Shown: positions 9,253 to 18,625, counted from the first letter of the stretch. The stretch is 53,086 nt of DNA from a virus (IMGVR_UViG_3300030330_004944:1-53086), one strand, 5' to 3'. Notes: generated by a model from the sequence alone, not told the origin. Made by a program: numbers and translations.

Positions 9253-12200
9253 TGTCAGAACAATCAGATCTAATGAAAGCTGCCGGTGTTAAGCTGGAGG
9301 ACCTAAGAGATGATTCCATCGCCCCGGCTGCTGCTTGGAGATTCTATCGAGAATGGAGTACCACTTGGGCAATACACTATTTGTTTACAGATCTAGATCT
9401 AGAGTTTGCTCTAGAGGCACTACCAATTTATAAAACTAGTAATTTTTATGTTGGTGGGATGGGGGGAAACCAAATCTCTGGTAGGGAAATCATTTCTAAA
9501 ACCTTTGCTTATCCGGGATACATCAATAAAACAAGTATATTAAGTTTCTTTTATGATAAAATAAGCTGGAAGGAGGATTCGAGATCGTCTGGGTTCTTTG
9601 AGAAGCTTGGCTTGGGAGGCGAAAAACCAGTACCAGATAGCATCGAAAAAAAGGGCGACATAAGTGAAATAGCTAAAAGGGCCTTTGTAGCATACGCCGG
9701 GGCTTGGTATCTATATCACGGATCTTACGGTACAAAGCGTGCCGGCCTACACGATCCAACAGAGGAAAACAAAATCAAAGTTCTTGGGGCTTGGATATAC
9801 AATGAGTTTGATAAAAGAGGCAATGGTTGGCTAGAAGGATGGAGCGGAAACTTAGCAGGAGCAAAGAATTATTCATATGATGCCTTTGAAGCAGAAGTTG
9901 TCAGAAAAATTAACCTCTGGTTGTATTTCGACGAACAAATAGTCATTCCTCGGGGACCATTTGGAGATTCTTATGTTCGCGAAGTGGATGAAAATAACAA
10001 AATGGGACCTTTTTTATTGTACAGTGGTGAGACATTGATAAAAGACAAAGAGATGTATGTGTATGATCAAGAAAGGCAAACTCAAGCCTATCCCGGAAAA
10101 ACAGACGCTTACAAAGCCACACAGAAAGCAGGCCTTTTTTCAAAACAAGCGAAATATAAGTCGCCATTAGATAATTCCGGAACAACACAAAACACTATAA
10201 AAATAAAAAAAGATTTTAATCCCACAGAGCTAGGTAAAGATACACCAGAAGAGATAAGGCAATTTAGAATAAACATCATGTTAGAGGCTTATTCGAATGT
10301 AGCCTTTGAAATAATGTTAGAAATATTTAAAGAGAGAACCGATCCGGGATATGGAATCAATTTAGACCGCCTAAATAAAATTTTTGGCACTCAAAGATCT
10401 TATGAAAACTCCAATGGAAAAATTATAAAGGGTAAATTACTAAGTGTGGGTACTGAAAACTTCTATTCTTCTACAATCGACACACAAGATAGGCCCCCTG
10501 CAAGTCTGCAGGATTTCATACCAACAGATACAATCACTACGTTCTTTAAAAGCAATACTGGTTTAACAGGTAAACTAGCGAATATTTTAGCACCGAGTTT
10601 TGCCTCATCAGTGGTTCACGAAATTAGGAAAAACTTTTGGAACTCCTTGAGGGCAAAATCAGAAGGCGTAAGAGAAGCAATAATATCAGAGGAAGATGCC
10701 GCACAAGAAGCATTAAAGGCGGTTGAGGAAGCCAAAGAAGATCCTAAGTTTAAAGAAAATCCGGATAAAAAGAGTGAAATTCTAACTGAAGAAGAAATAC
10801 AAGAGAGGCAAAGGTTTTTAAAGCAATGTATTTTAATGACCAATCTTTCAACTCTGGCGGAAGAGAATATCAAACATATAAAGAAAAATTGTAATTCATG
10901 TGTAGAATCTGGAAATTATATTAACATTCATAAGGACACCCCATATAGATCGAGATTTTATATGGTAGAAGATGGAACTTCCGGTGATCAATCTTCTACT
11001 ATGAATAGACTATTGATGCCACCTAGAAACGATATATCAGAGTTTATTGATCTCAAACCAGCAGTTCATGCCTATCTGATACCGAAACTAAGATTTTTTA
11101 AGGTATTCAGTACGCACAATGGCTTAGAAGAATACGAATACACTTTTCCAAACTTTAGTGATCCAGAAAGGATTAGTGGGCTGTTATCGACAAGCTTTGA
11201 TAAGGGAGATGGATGTGGCGTTAAATCTTTTTCTTGGAATTATGAAGGCACAACTCCCGCAACAGCGCGGAATGATGTTACAGCTAACTTAGTGCTTTAT
11301 TTTCAATCTTTTTCTGATTTTATTAATAAAACGGCGGGTAATGATCATCCATATGTTGATCTCTTGTTATTATCACAAGGAGCCCATAAAGGGACTTTTT
11401 TCGAATATGACCCGTCATATTATAGAATACGTGTTGATGTAGGATGGATGATAGATTCCGCAAAAAGTGACGCTTTAGTTGGACAGATTGGCCAACAAGG
11501 TGTTGTGAGTTTACAAAATTCAATTGAAAAAACGAATAAGTCTTTATACCTCAATATGGTTGACCATGAAATAGAATTCAAAGAAACAGGAGCAGTAGAA
11601 ATAAAAGTGAACTACAGAGCATATGTGGAGTCTGCTTTAAAAGGAACTTCTTTAGACGCCCTAGCATCGGTTGAGTTAAGAAAGACATTAGAGAATTCTA
11701 GAAAGCTATATAATGATGTTTTGAAGAAAAAACACTGTACCAAGAAAGAATTGACAGACATAAGGCTGCAGCTTTTAGAATTAGAGCGTTTAATTAAGAA
11801 GCAAAGCTACCAATCAATCATGAAAAGAATAATTGATTTGGATCTGATGAGATACAAAATAGTTTCTGATAAGTCACGGAAAATTGATCAATTTTTAAAA
11901 ACAGGGATCTTTACTAGTCCTGTGGAATTTGAAAGTCCAGTAAGCAAGTTTATTGGTGATCAAGGATCCAGTTCTACTAAGGCAAAACTTAGTGAAGTTT
12001 CGACTTATAATTTAACAAAAGATTCTTTTAGAGATTTAGATCCATTTAATAACCACAAAACCATAAACTATTTTTTTCTGGGTGATTTGTTGTATGTAAT
12101 ACTGGATTCTCTATATGAACAAGATGGAGTGACTTATCGCGAGAATCTGGAGAATTTTAAATTTATCTTAAGCTCGTTTCAATATGAAGATTTAGTTAGA

Positions 12201-13211
12201 GACGGGGAAATCAGAACTATCAACCTCGCTAACATTCCAATATCCTCAGAACTGTTTAATGAATGGTACACCACTAAAATAATAAAACCAGAAAGACAAT
12301 CATATGCTATTATGTATTTTATACGAGATTTGTGTAGTTATTTAGTAAGTGATATTTTGCTTGATGGATGTTTTAGAAGACTAGATGATAATTCTTTAGA
12401 TTTTACGACCGGCAACTTTATTGGGGTTTCAAGAGATGGTGTTGATCCATTTTCAAGATTTTTAAGAAAAGAAAATCCTGTTATCGATGTTGGAGCTTTA
12501 TATGGAAAAGGGTTGCCCTTGAACACAAACTTGGGTCATATAAAACAATTGTATAACTATATAACTATTCTTCCGGTAACACCTAGATTGTCCTCGAACC
12601 TTAAATTAGGCAAACGTTTTGAGGATGAAAACAAAGGTATATATCACTATCAAATTGGATCCAACACTGGTTTGGTAAAGAGAATAAACTTTTCAAAAAC
12701 CGACATGCAATATATTCGAGAGGCAAGATATTTTCGAAATGGATATGATGGTTTAATGCAATTAGCTGCTGTTTATAAAGTCAATTTAGATATGATAGGT
12801 AATTCTCTATATTATCCGGGAATGGAAGTGTATATTGACCCAAGAAGTATCGGTGGAATGGATTTCAACCCATCTGTTCAAAATTCTATTGCCAATAAGC
12901 TAGGATTTGGTGGCTATCATGTTGTTATTAGGGTTAATTCAACAATTCAACCCGGAAGTTTTACAACAACTGTTGAGACACAGTTTGATTATGCTGGAGA
13001 TGGTCAGCCGTCGTCACAAGTAGTTGGAAAAAATGAAGAAGCCATAGGTAATATAGAAGATCCAGTTTCCATAGAGCAGAAACCCGACAATCCCAATGCG
13101 GATTTTTGTGAAAAAGTCTATCAACGAGTTCAATTAGAAGCTATTGATATCAGTGTGGGCCATAAAAGTGTTTTCCCCGAGATTGATGTTAAGGATTTCG
13201 ACAATGGCTAA
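9252..13211 (+). CDS. Large baseplate hub-like protein
   Basis: C-term MIGNSLYYPGMEVYID..GGYHVVIRVNSTIQPGSFTTTVE resembles hub (gpD/gp27-type) C-termini; coupled to the LysM gene. Confidence 0.5.
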   Translation: MSEQSDLMKAAGVKLEDLRDDSIAPAAAWRFYREWSTTWAIHYLFTDLDLEFALEALPIYKTSNFYVGGMGGNQISGREIISKTFAYPGYINKTSILSFFYDKISWKEDSRSSGFFEKLGLGGEKPVPDSIEKKGDISEIAKRAFVAYAGAWYLYHGSYGTKRAGLHDPTEENKIKVLGAWIYNEFDKRGNGWLEGWSGNLAGAKNYSYDAFEAEVVRKINLWLYFDEQIVIPRGPFGDSYVREVDENNKMGPFLLYSGETLIKDKEMYVYDQERQTQAYPGKTDAYKATQKAGLFSKQAKYKSPLDNSGTTQNTIKIKKDFNPTELGKDTPEEIRQFRINIMLEAYSNVAFEIMLEIFKERTDPGYGINLDRLNKIFGTQRSYENSNGKIIKGKLLSVGTENFYSSTIDTQDRPPASLQDFIPTDTITTFFKSNTGLTGKLANILAPSFASSVVHEIRKNFWNSLRAKSEGVREAIISEEDAAQEALKAVEEAKEDPKFKENPDKKSEILTEEEIQERQRFLKQCILMTNLSTLAEENIKHIKKNCNSCVESGNYINIHKDTPYRSRFYMVEDGTSGDQSSTMNRLLMPPRNDISEFIDLKPAVHAYLIPKLRFFKVFSTHNGLEEYEYTFPNFSDPERISGLLSTSFDKGDGCGVKSFSWNYEGTTPATARNDVTANLVLYFQSFSDFINKTAGNDHPYVDLLLLSQGAHKGTFFEYDPSYYRIRVDVGWMIDSAKSDALVGQIGQQGVVSLQNSIEKTNKSLYLNMVDHEIEFKETGAVEIKVNYRAYVESALKGTSLDALASVELRKTLENSRKLYNDVLKKKHCTKKELTDIRLQLLELERLIKKQSYQSIMKRIIDLDLMRYKIVSDKSRKIDQFLKTGIFTSPVEFESPVSKFIGDQGSSSTKAKLSEVSTYNLTKDSFRDLDPFNNHKTINYFFLGDLLYVILDSLYEQDGVTYRENLENFKFILSSFQYEDLVRDGEIRTINLANIPISSELFNEWYTTKIIKPERQSYAIMYFIRDLCSYLVSDILLDGCFRRLDDNSLDFTTGNFIGVSRDGVDPFSRFLRKENPVIDVGALYGKGLPLNTNLGHIKQLYNYITILPVTPRLSSNLKLGKRFEDENKGIYHYQIGSNTGLVKRINFSKTDMQYIREARYFRNGYDGLMQLAAVYKVNLDMIGNSLYYPGMEVYIDPRSIGGMDFNPSVQNSIANKLGFGGYHVVIRVNSTIQPGSFTTTVETQFDYAGDGQPSSQVVGKNEEAIGNIEDPVSIEQKPDNPNADFCEKVYQRVQLEAIDISVGHKSVFPEIDVKDFDNG

Positions 13212-14406
13212 ATTTAAAGGAAAAAATAAAATAAATTCAGTAATCAAATTAGCATTTGAAAGAAACTCATATGAATTTAAAGCATTTCCCATGAATAATG
13301 GACTGGGAGACATACAAATCAAAGATTTAAGTTTTGCTGAAAGAGTTATGTATGGAAGAACAGATACAAATCTTGACGTGGTCCTGCCTATACAACAGTT
13401 TATCAAACCGGTTAATGCCGGCAATGATTCTGTTTCATTAATGAATTTTGCTGCTGATGCTTTTAATGACCTAAAAGCAACTTTTCAAAGATGTTTAAAT
13501 GGCGGTAACATTAGATCGGATGATCCCACACTTAGCGTTATACAGGCTTTTAGGGGCTATCAAAATCCGAAAACAAATTATGAAAATTATATGGAAAATG
13601 TTATGCAATCTTATCATAATGTTTTTATAAAAAATACACGTACCAAGATAATAACACCTAAAGATTATGTGGAAGAATTTAAAAATTATATTAAAAGAAT
13701 GTCACCAGAGTTTCCGGTATCTTTTACTGGTTGGCATAGAAGTAAACATTCGTCCGTTTTCTCTTCGGGCCTAGCCATTGACATTGGAGGCTTACCAATG
13801 GATGATGACGAATTAAAAGAGCAAATGATCAATAGTCCAAATTTTGAATTTTATAAAAATGCTGCTTTAAATCATGGTTTCTCCATTGTTAAAAATTCTC
13901 CATGGATAATGGTTTGCGATTTAGGATCCCCCGCCTTAACAATATATCATGAAAAGTACAACTTGTCAAGTAGAAAAGATATATTTTCTTTACAATTTGA
14001 TAAATCTTATATATATGATATAGAATATATTAAATTAATATTATATAATAATTATACTATTTTATATAATAGATATAACTATGAAAAAAGAATAGAAGTA
14101 TGTAATAGAAAAGTAAATGTCACCAATCTATTCAGAGAAAATCTTAGTTTTGAAAAATTTAATAGTGTCTTTGATGATAGCTACTGGATTGACTTTTATA
14201 CTATTATGAGGCACTATGAAGAAGGAGAAAGATTTTCAGAAGCAGATAGACGATTATTTTCTAGAAATGGAAGAAAATTAAAAAAAACATTTGACATCCA
14301 AAGAGCTATAGGTTATATTAATGAACAGCATAGATCTGTTTATAAATCGAAACCGGGAGGGGTTAACGATATTATAAAAAAACGGATAGCTAAAAAATCA
14401 AAATAA
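13204..14406 (+). CDS. Protein with degenerate M15 (VanY-like) peptidase fold
   Basis: AADAFNDL..LSVIQAFRGY, SGLAID, NAALNHGF..SPW; Zn-binding His residues absent; ATG 13204 preferred over TTG 13144. Confidence 0.45.
   Translation: MAKFKGKNKINSVIKLAFERNSYEFKAFPMNNGLGDIQIKDLSFAERVMYGRTDTNLDVVLPIQQFIKPVNAGNDSVSLMNFAADAFNDLKATFQRCLNGGNIRSDDPTLSVIQAFRGYQNPKTNYENYMENVMQSYHNVFIKNTRTKIITPKDYVEEFKNYIKRMSPEFPVSFTGWHRSKHSSVFSSGLAIDIGGLPMDDDELKEQMINSPNFEFYKNAALNHGFSIVKNSPWIMVCDLGSPALTIYHEKYNLSSRKDIFSLQFDKSYIYDIEYIKLILYNNYTILYNRYNYEKRIEVCNRKVNVTNLFRENLSFEKFNSVFDDSYWIDFYTIMRHYEEGERFSEADRRLFSRNGRKLKKTFDIQRAIGYINEQHRSVYKSKPGGVNDIIKKRIAKKSK
14291..14319 (+). promoter_or_regulatory. sigma70-like promoter inside the upstream CDS, driving polA-like gene
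   Basis: TTGACA-17-TATATT. Confidence 0.65.
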
Positions 14407-14421
14407 TTTTACGGAGGACAT

Positions 14422-15606
14422 ATGTTATTTCAGATTTTGGATGATAAAAAAGATTGCTTGGGAATTTATTCCGGAAACGATTTTTACTATGGAAACATTA
14501 AAGAGTCTTTTTCTAGGACGTGGGATTGGTCTCCACATTTATTAAATAAAGAGTGTGAATATGCTAAAATATATTGTGGTGGACAAACGCTGGATAATGT
14601 CTGCCCGGATAATCTCAAAGATCGTTACGAAATATATAAAGACAAAATAAAGGCTTTTATAAAAGCAACATCAATCGCAAAAATTAATATAGAGAATATA
14701 TGTTTATTCGATTTAATACCAGAAAGGCACCTACTACACTGGTGCCAGATCAAAAATGAAATTTGTGAATATATTTTTAATAATTTCGAAAAACCAAAGA
14801 ATCACAAATTTCTCTCAGACCTTTCTGAAATGGTGTATGAAATTAAACAGAGACCAGTAAATATTGACAATAATCGATTGTTTTATTACTCTAAAAATGA
14901 TTTTAAAGCAAAGACACTGTGGGATAAATTTGGTGGTCAAAAACCTTATATATTTTATAATATTTGGGGCACAAAGACAGGTCGCTTATCAACCATGGAG
15001 AACACCTTTCCTATATTGAATTTGAAAAAAGAAATCTCTGATATTGTCAAGCCTACAAACAACATGTTCATACAGTTTGACTTCAATGGTGCTGAGATAA
15101 GAACTCTGCTTTCGCTCTCTGGAAAAGAACAGCCAAAAGAAGATATACACACTTGGAATCTAGAAAATGTATATAGAGGTATTGGTACCAGAGATAAGGT
15201 AAAACAAAGGTTTTTTGCGTGGCTATATAATCCTAATTCAAGAGATCACCTAACAGAGAGATTCTACGATAGGAGGGGGGTCTTAGAAAGATACTACCAT
15301 GGTGGGGCGGTACACACCCCTATGGGCCGTATCATCTCTTCAGATGATTTTCATGCTTTAAATTATTTATTGCAAAGTGTATCATCTGATAACTGTTTGA
15401 AACAAGCGATTAAGCTCAATAGATTTCTTAAGGGTAGAAAATCTTTTGTACATTCAGTGGTCCATGATTCAATAACAATTGACTTCCACCAAGACGATAG
15501 AAAAATTGTTTCACAACTACAGGAAATCTTCGAAGACACAGAGTTAGGAATATTCCAATCTTCTATGTATTTTAGTAAGAATTATAAAGATATGGAGAGG
15601 GTGTAA
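14422..15606 (+). CDS. Short family A DNA polymerase (polymerase domain only)
   Basis: TGRLS, motif A DFNGAEIR, DIH, motif B RDKVKQRFFAWLY, NYLLQS, motif C VHDS. Confidence 0.75.
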   Translation: MLFQILDDKKDCLGIYSGNDFYYGNIKESFSRTWDWSPHLLNKECEYAKIYCGGQTLDNVCPDNLKDRYEIYKDKIKAFIKATSIAKINIENICLFDLIPERHLLHWCQIKNEICEYIFNNFEKPKNHKFLSDLSEMVYEIKQRPVNIDNNRLFYYSKNDFKAKTLWDKFGGQKPYIFYNIWGTKTGRLSTMENTFPILNLKKEISDIVKPTNNMFIQFDFNGAEIRTLLSLSGKEQPKEDIHTWNLENVYRGIGTRDKVKQRFFAWLYNPNSRDHLTERFYDRRGVLERYYHGGAVHTPMGRIISSDDFHALNYLLQSVSSDNCLKQAIKLNRFLKGRKSFVHSVVHDSITIDFHQDDRKIVSQLQEIFEDTELGIFQSSMYFSKNYKDMERV

Positions 15607-16403
15607 TGGTTTTAATAGGTTTGGGTACTGCTGGCTGTAATATAGTAGAAAAATTCAATGATAGTTATAAAAAAATAACCATAAACACTGGTTCGAAAAT
15701 CCCAGAATTTTCCTCACCAGAAGAATACGAGGAACACTTACCGGATCTAAGCGACGTCTTGGATTTCACCGAGGAAGAATGTTGGTTTTTTGTGTGTGGT
15801 GCCGGAAAAATTGCCTCGGCTTCTTTACGTGCGCTCGAATATATTAAAGATAAGAAAATAAATATAGTATACATTTATCCGGAAGAGATTCTTTTATCTC
15901 CGAAACAAAAAAAGATGAACAGAGTTGTATACAATGTTCTTCAAGAATATACTAGATCCGGATTGTTAAATTCAATGTGGCTGTTTGCGAATGAAGATAT
16001 ATCTAAATTTGTACCGTCACTAACCATGGAGAATATGTGGGATAAAATAAATGAAGCTATTGTTAATGCTTTGGAGAATATTTTCTATTTCAGAAAGACA
16101 AATCCTTTCATGGGATCTCACCATGAAGAAAAAGAAATTTCTAGAATAATGACAGTTGAATATGGATCTTTTGAAAATAATGAAAAAAAATTATACTTTC
16201 CTCTTGACAACATAACCGAGTCATGCTATATTAATATTGTAAGCGATGAGGAGATGAGAAACAATAATAATTTGATGAATATATTTAAGCAGAAAATTTT
16301 GGATGATATAGATAAAAAAATTATATCTTCATTTACAATTTTTAAAACTGAATACGGCGAATCATTTTATTATGCGATTCATTTTACTCATTTCATACAA
16401 TAA
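15606..16403 (+). CDS. Divergent tubulin/FtsZ-like protein
   Basis: N-term LIGLGTAGCNIV, later LFANE and WDKINEAI; GGGTGSG loop replaced by GAGKIASAS. Confidence 0.55.
   Translation: MVLIGLGTAGCNIVEKFNDSYKKITINTGSKIPEFSSPEEYEEHLPDLSDVLDFTEEECWFFVCGAGKIASASLRALEYIKDKKINIVYIYPEEILLSPKQKKMNRVVYNVLQEYTRSGLLNSMWLFANEDISKFVPSLTMENMWDKINEAIVNALENIFYFRKTNPFMGSHHEEKEISRIMTVEYGSFENNEKKLYFPLDNITESCYINIVSDEEMRNNNNLMNIFKQKILDDIDKKIISSFTIFKTEYGESFYYAIHFTHFIQ
16204..16232 (+). promoter_or_regulatory. sigma70-like promoter inside the tubulin-like CDS
   Basis: TTGACA-17-TATATT with TG extension. Confidence 0.6.
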
Positions 16404-16414
16404 ATGGAGGAAAA

Positions 16415-16672
16415 ATGATTGTAATCAATGGAATAGAGATTCCAAGAGATACCAACGCTATCAAACTTGAACCTTCTCCGCAACTTGATAAAGCTGTTGT
16501 GGAATATGATAGGGAAAAAGATATTCTCGTTTATCATGTTGATACTTTGATATCATGTTTTGTGGAGCAAGGAATGTCAACAGAAGAAGCATGGGAGTGG
16601 TTTGACTATAACACTCTTCGAACAGGAGATTATATTAAAAATTATCCAAATTTTATTTATGAGAAAAAATAA
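16415..16672 (+). CDS. Hypothetical protein
   Basis: SD GGAGG; GMSTEEAWEWFDYN motif common in phage hypotheticals. Confidence 0.7.
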   Translation: MIVINGIEIPRDTNAIKLEPSPQLDKAVVEYDREKDILVYHVDTLISCFVEQGMSTEEAWEWFDYNTLRTGDYIKNYPNFIYEKK

Positions 16673-16680
16673 AAAAATAC

Positions 16681-16708
16681 TTGACAAATAATAACAACAT
16701 GTTATATT
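16681..16708 (+). promoter_or_regulatory. sigma70-like early promoter
   Basis: A-tract, TTGACA-16-TATATT, TG. Confidence 0.8.
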
Positions 16709-16734
16709 ATAAATGTACAACAAACGGAGGAAAA

Positions 16735-17064
16735 ATGAAAGTACAAAAATTTTGCCCAACGGCACTTATCTCAATATTATCACACATTAGAGCAGCGCAC
16801 CACAAAACTCTGATTGAAGCACGAGATCAATATCTATCAACACCGGATCATGAAGTGACATCCGTCACTGTATCATATACAGATCCTCTTGGTTATGGAA
16901 ACTACGGTAAAACAGATATCGTTTTAGAAGAAGAAAGCGATCAAATAAAAATCACTTACAAGCCATTTAATGAACGTAAGATAGATTTTACCATTACACC
17001 ACCAAAAGCTGAAGATGAATTTCCAATGATCCACAAAAAAATAGTCATCATAGAACAAATTTAA
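16735..17064 (+). CDS. Hypothetical early protein
   Basis: SD GGAGG before ATG 16735; own promoter at 16681. Confidence 0.65.
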   Translation: MKVQKFCPTALISILSHIRAAHHKTLIEARDQYLSTPDHEVTSVTVSYTDPLGYGNYGKTDIVLEEESDQIKITYKPFNERKIDFTITPPKAEDEFPMIHKKIVIIEQI

Positions 17065-17072
17065 AAAAATAC

Positions 17073-17100
17073 TTGACAAATTTTCACAACATGTTATATT
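17073..17100 (+). promoter_or_regulatory. sigma70-like early promoter
   Basis: A-tract, TTGACA-16-TATATT, TG. Confidence 0.8.
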
Positions 17101-17122
17101 AATAAAGTAACAAAGGAAAAAA

Positions 17123-17242
17123 ATGATTCTTATCTTTTTATGTACAATGCTCGGATGTTCTGAGTTGGAAAAAGACACATCTGAATGTGAGTGTTCTTGT
17201 GAACCAAATTGTGAATGTCAATGCGAAGTAGAAAAAAAATAA
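17123..17242 (+). CDS. 39-aa Cys-rich putative lipoprotein (not in ORF track)
   Basis: MILIFLCTMLGCSELEKDTSECECSCEPNCECQCEVEKK; SD AAGGA; own promoter at 17073; stop lies in the next promoter repeat. Confidence 0.6.
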   Translation: MILIFLCTMLGCSELEKDTSECECSCEPNCECQCEVEKK

Positions 17243-17250
17243 AAAAATAC

Positions 17251-17279
17251 TTGACAAATCAATCATAATATGATATAAT
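17251..17279 (+). promoter_or_regulatory. sigma70-like early promoter
   Basis: TTGACA-17-TATAAT, TG. Confidence 0.85.
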
Positions 17280-17397
17280 ATATATATACACCAATTGAGA
17301 AGTGAAACTCCCAAAAAATCACACTGCGGTTACTGACTATATCCCTTTGAAAAAGTCAAAAAAAAAACTTACTCATAAACATCAAAACGGAGGAAAC

Positions 17398-17643
17398 ATG
17401 AGCAAAAACGTAACTATCTATACTGGAACTTTCACTAAGTTGAACGGCGAAAAGCGCACTATGAGCTTTATTCGTCAAAGTGATCTTCCCTCTTCAATGG
17501 TTAATTCTCAAACCATTAATGAAATGCAACAAAAAACTGGTAGTGAAGTTGTATTTGATACTGATAAGAAGCAATTTCGACAGTTTAATTGGAAAACTGT
17601 CCAAGGTAAAGTTACCGAGCGAAACACTACTTTTAGTTTCTAA
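17398..17643 (+). CDS. DUF2693/WYL_2-like Sm/SH3 barrel protein
   Basis: TFTKLNGEKRTM...VFDTDKKQFRQF; SD GGAGG. Confidence 0.6.
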   Translation: MSKNVTIYTGTFTKLNGEKRTMSFIRQSDLPSSMVNSQTINEMQQKTGSEVVFDTDKKQFRQFNWKTVQGKVTERNTTFSF

Positions 17644-17662
17644 TTGCCTCTACGAGAAATAG

Positions 17663-17705
17663 TCGGTTTTTTGAAAGTTTCCGAAGAAAAAACTTTCTTT
17701 TTTTT
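17663..17705 (+). terminator. Terminator hairpin with pseudoknot potential
   Basis: GAAAGTTT/AAACTTTC stem plus T run; loop CCGA complementary to upstream TCGG. Confidence 0.6.
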
Positions 17706-17706
17706 C

Positions 17707-17735
17707 TTGACAACAATAAGAAAAAATGTTATAAT
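17707..17735 (+). promoter_or_regulatory. sigma70-like promoter of the SSB gene
   Basis: TTGACA-17-TATAAT, TG. Confidence 0.85.
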
Positions 17736-17817
17736 ATAGATGGGAGCAAGATTGAAACTCTGCTTACCTTAGTCCGAGAGGACAAAAAACATCGTCATAA
17801 ATAACGGAGAAAATAAC

Positions 17818-18573
17818 ATGGCACTTAATATTGAAGCAATGCGACAAAAGCTCGCAAATTCACAGAACAGAACTTCTGGAAATAAAAATGATACAAAATG
17901 GAAGCCAAAAGAAGGCGACCAAACAATTCGAATTCTTCCTACAGCGGATGGAGACCCGTTCAAAGAATTTCACTTCCACTATAATGTTGGAAAAAACCCC
18001 GGCATTCTATGCCCTAAGAAAAACTATGGTGAAAATTGTCCTATTTGCGACTTTGCCTCTCAACTTTGGAGAGAAGGTGTCGATAATAACAACGATCAAT
18101 CCAAAAATGCTGCTAAAAAGCTATTCGCTCGTAAGCGATATTACTCCCCAGTAATTATTCGTGGATCTGAAACCGATGGTATTAAGATTTGGGCATATGG
18201 TAAAACAGCATATGAAACACTATTGGGATATGTCTTGGACCCAGATTATGGTGATATTACTGATCCCGAAACAGGAACTGACTTAGTATTGACTTATACA
18301 GTTCCCGGAACCCCCGGGTCTTTCCCAAAGACCCAATTAAAGCCTCGCCGTCGCCCCTCCGTTCTTTGCGATGATGCCATCGCCTCTTGCGATGAACTTC
18401 TAGAGTCTGTCCCAGACATTGAAGCTCAATTCACCAGACATACGTCTGAAGAGATACAAAATATCATGAATGAGTTTCTATCTTCCGATTCCTCCTCCGA
18501 GTCGTCTTCTTCTGAGACAACAAAATATAATAAGTCAAAGGTTGATAGTACTTTAGATAAGTTCCTTAGTTAG
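17818..18573 (+). CDS. Single-stranded DNA-binding protein (T4 gp32-like)
   Basis: WKP..G.QTIRILP, His/Cys Zn site (HY..CP..CPIC), YGDITDPETGTD, Ser/acidic C-tail. Confidence 0.85.
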   Translation: MALNIEAMRQKLANSQNRTSGNKNDTKWKPKEGDQTIRILPTADGDPFKEFHFHYNVGKNPGILCPKKNYGENCPICDFASQLWREGVDNNNDQSKNAAKKLFARKRYYSPVIIRGSETDGIKIWAYGKTAYETLLGYVLDPDYGDITDPETGTDLVLTYTVPGTPGSFPKTQLKPRRRPSVLCDDAIASCDELLESVPDIEAQFTRHTSEEIQNIMNEFLSSDSSSESSSSETTKYNKSKVDSTLDKFLS

Positions 18574-18582
18574 ATGTGGTGA

Positions 18583-18625
18583 ACCGCTATAGCCCCGGCG
18601 GTATATAAATTGGGGCTTTCTTTTT
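18583..18625 (+). terminator. Terminator hairpin with H-type pseudoknot
   Basis: ACCGC/GCGGT crossed with AGCCCC/GGGGCT, then TTCTTTTT. Confidence 0.7.

Noticed and set aside
17296-17325. preQ1-I riboswitch
   Set aside because: Topology is similar, but P1 is only 3 bp, the loop lacks the conserved ligand-binding residues, and no queuosine genes follow
17760-17790. Hammerhead ribozyme (GTCC-GAGA-GGAC resembles stem II)
   Set aside because: Core CTGANGA before and GAAA after the stem are absent
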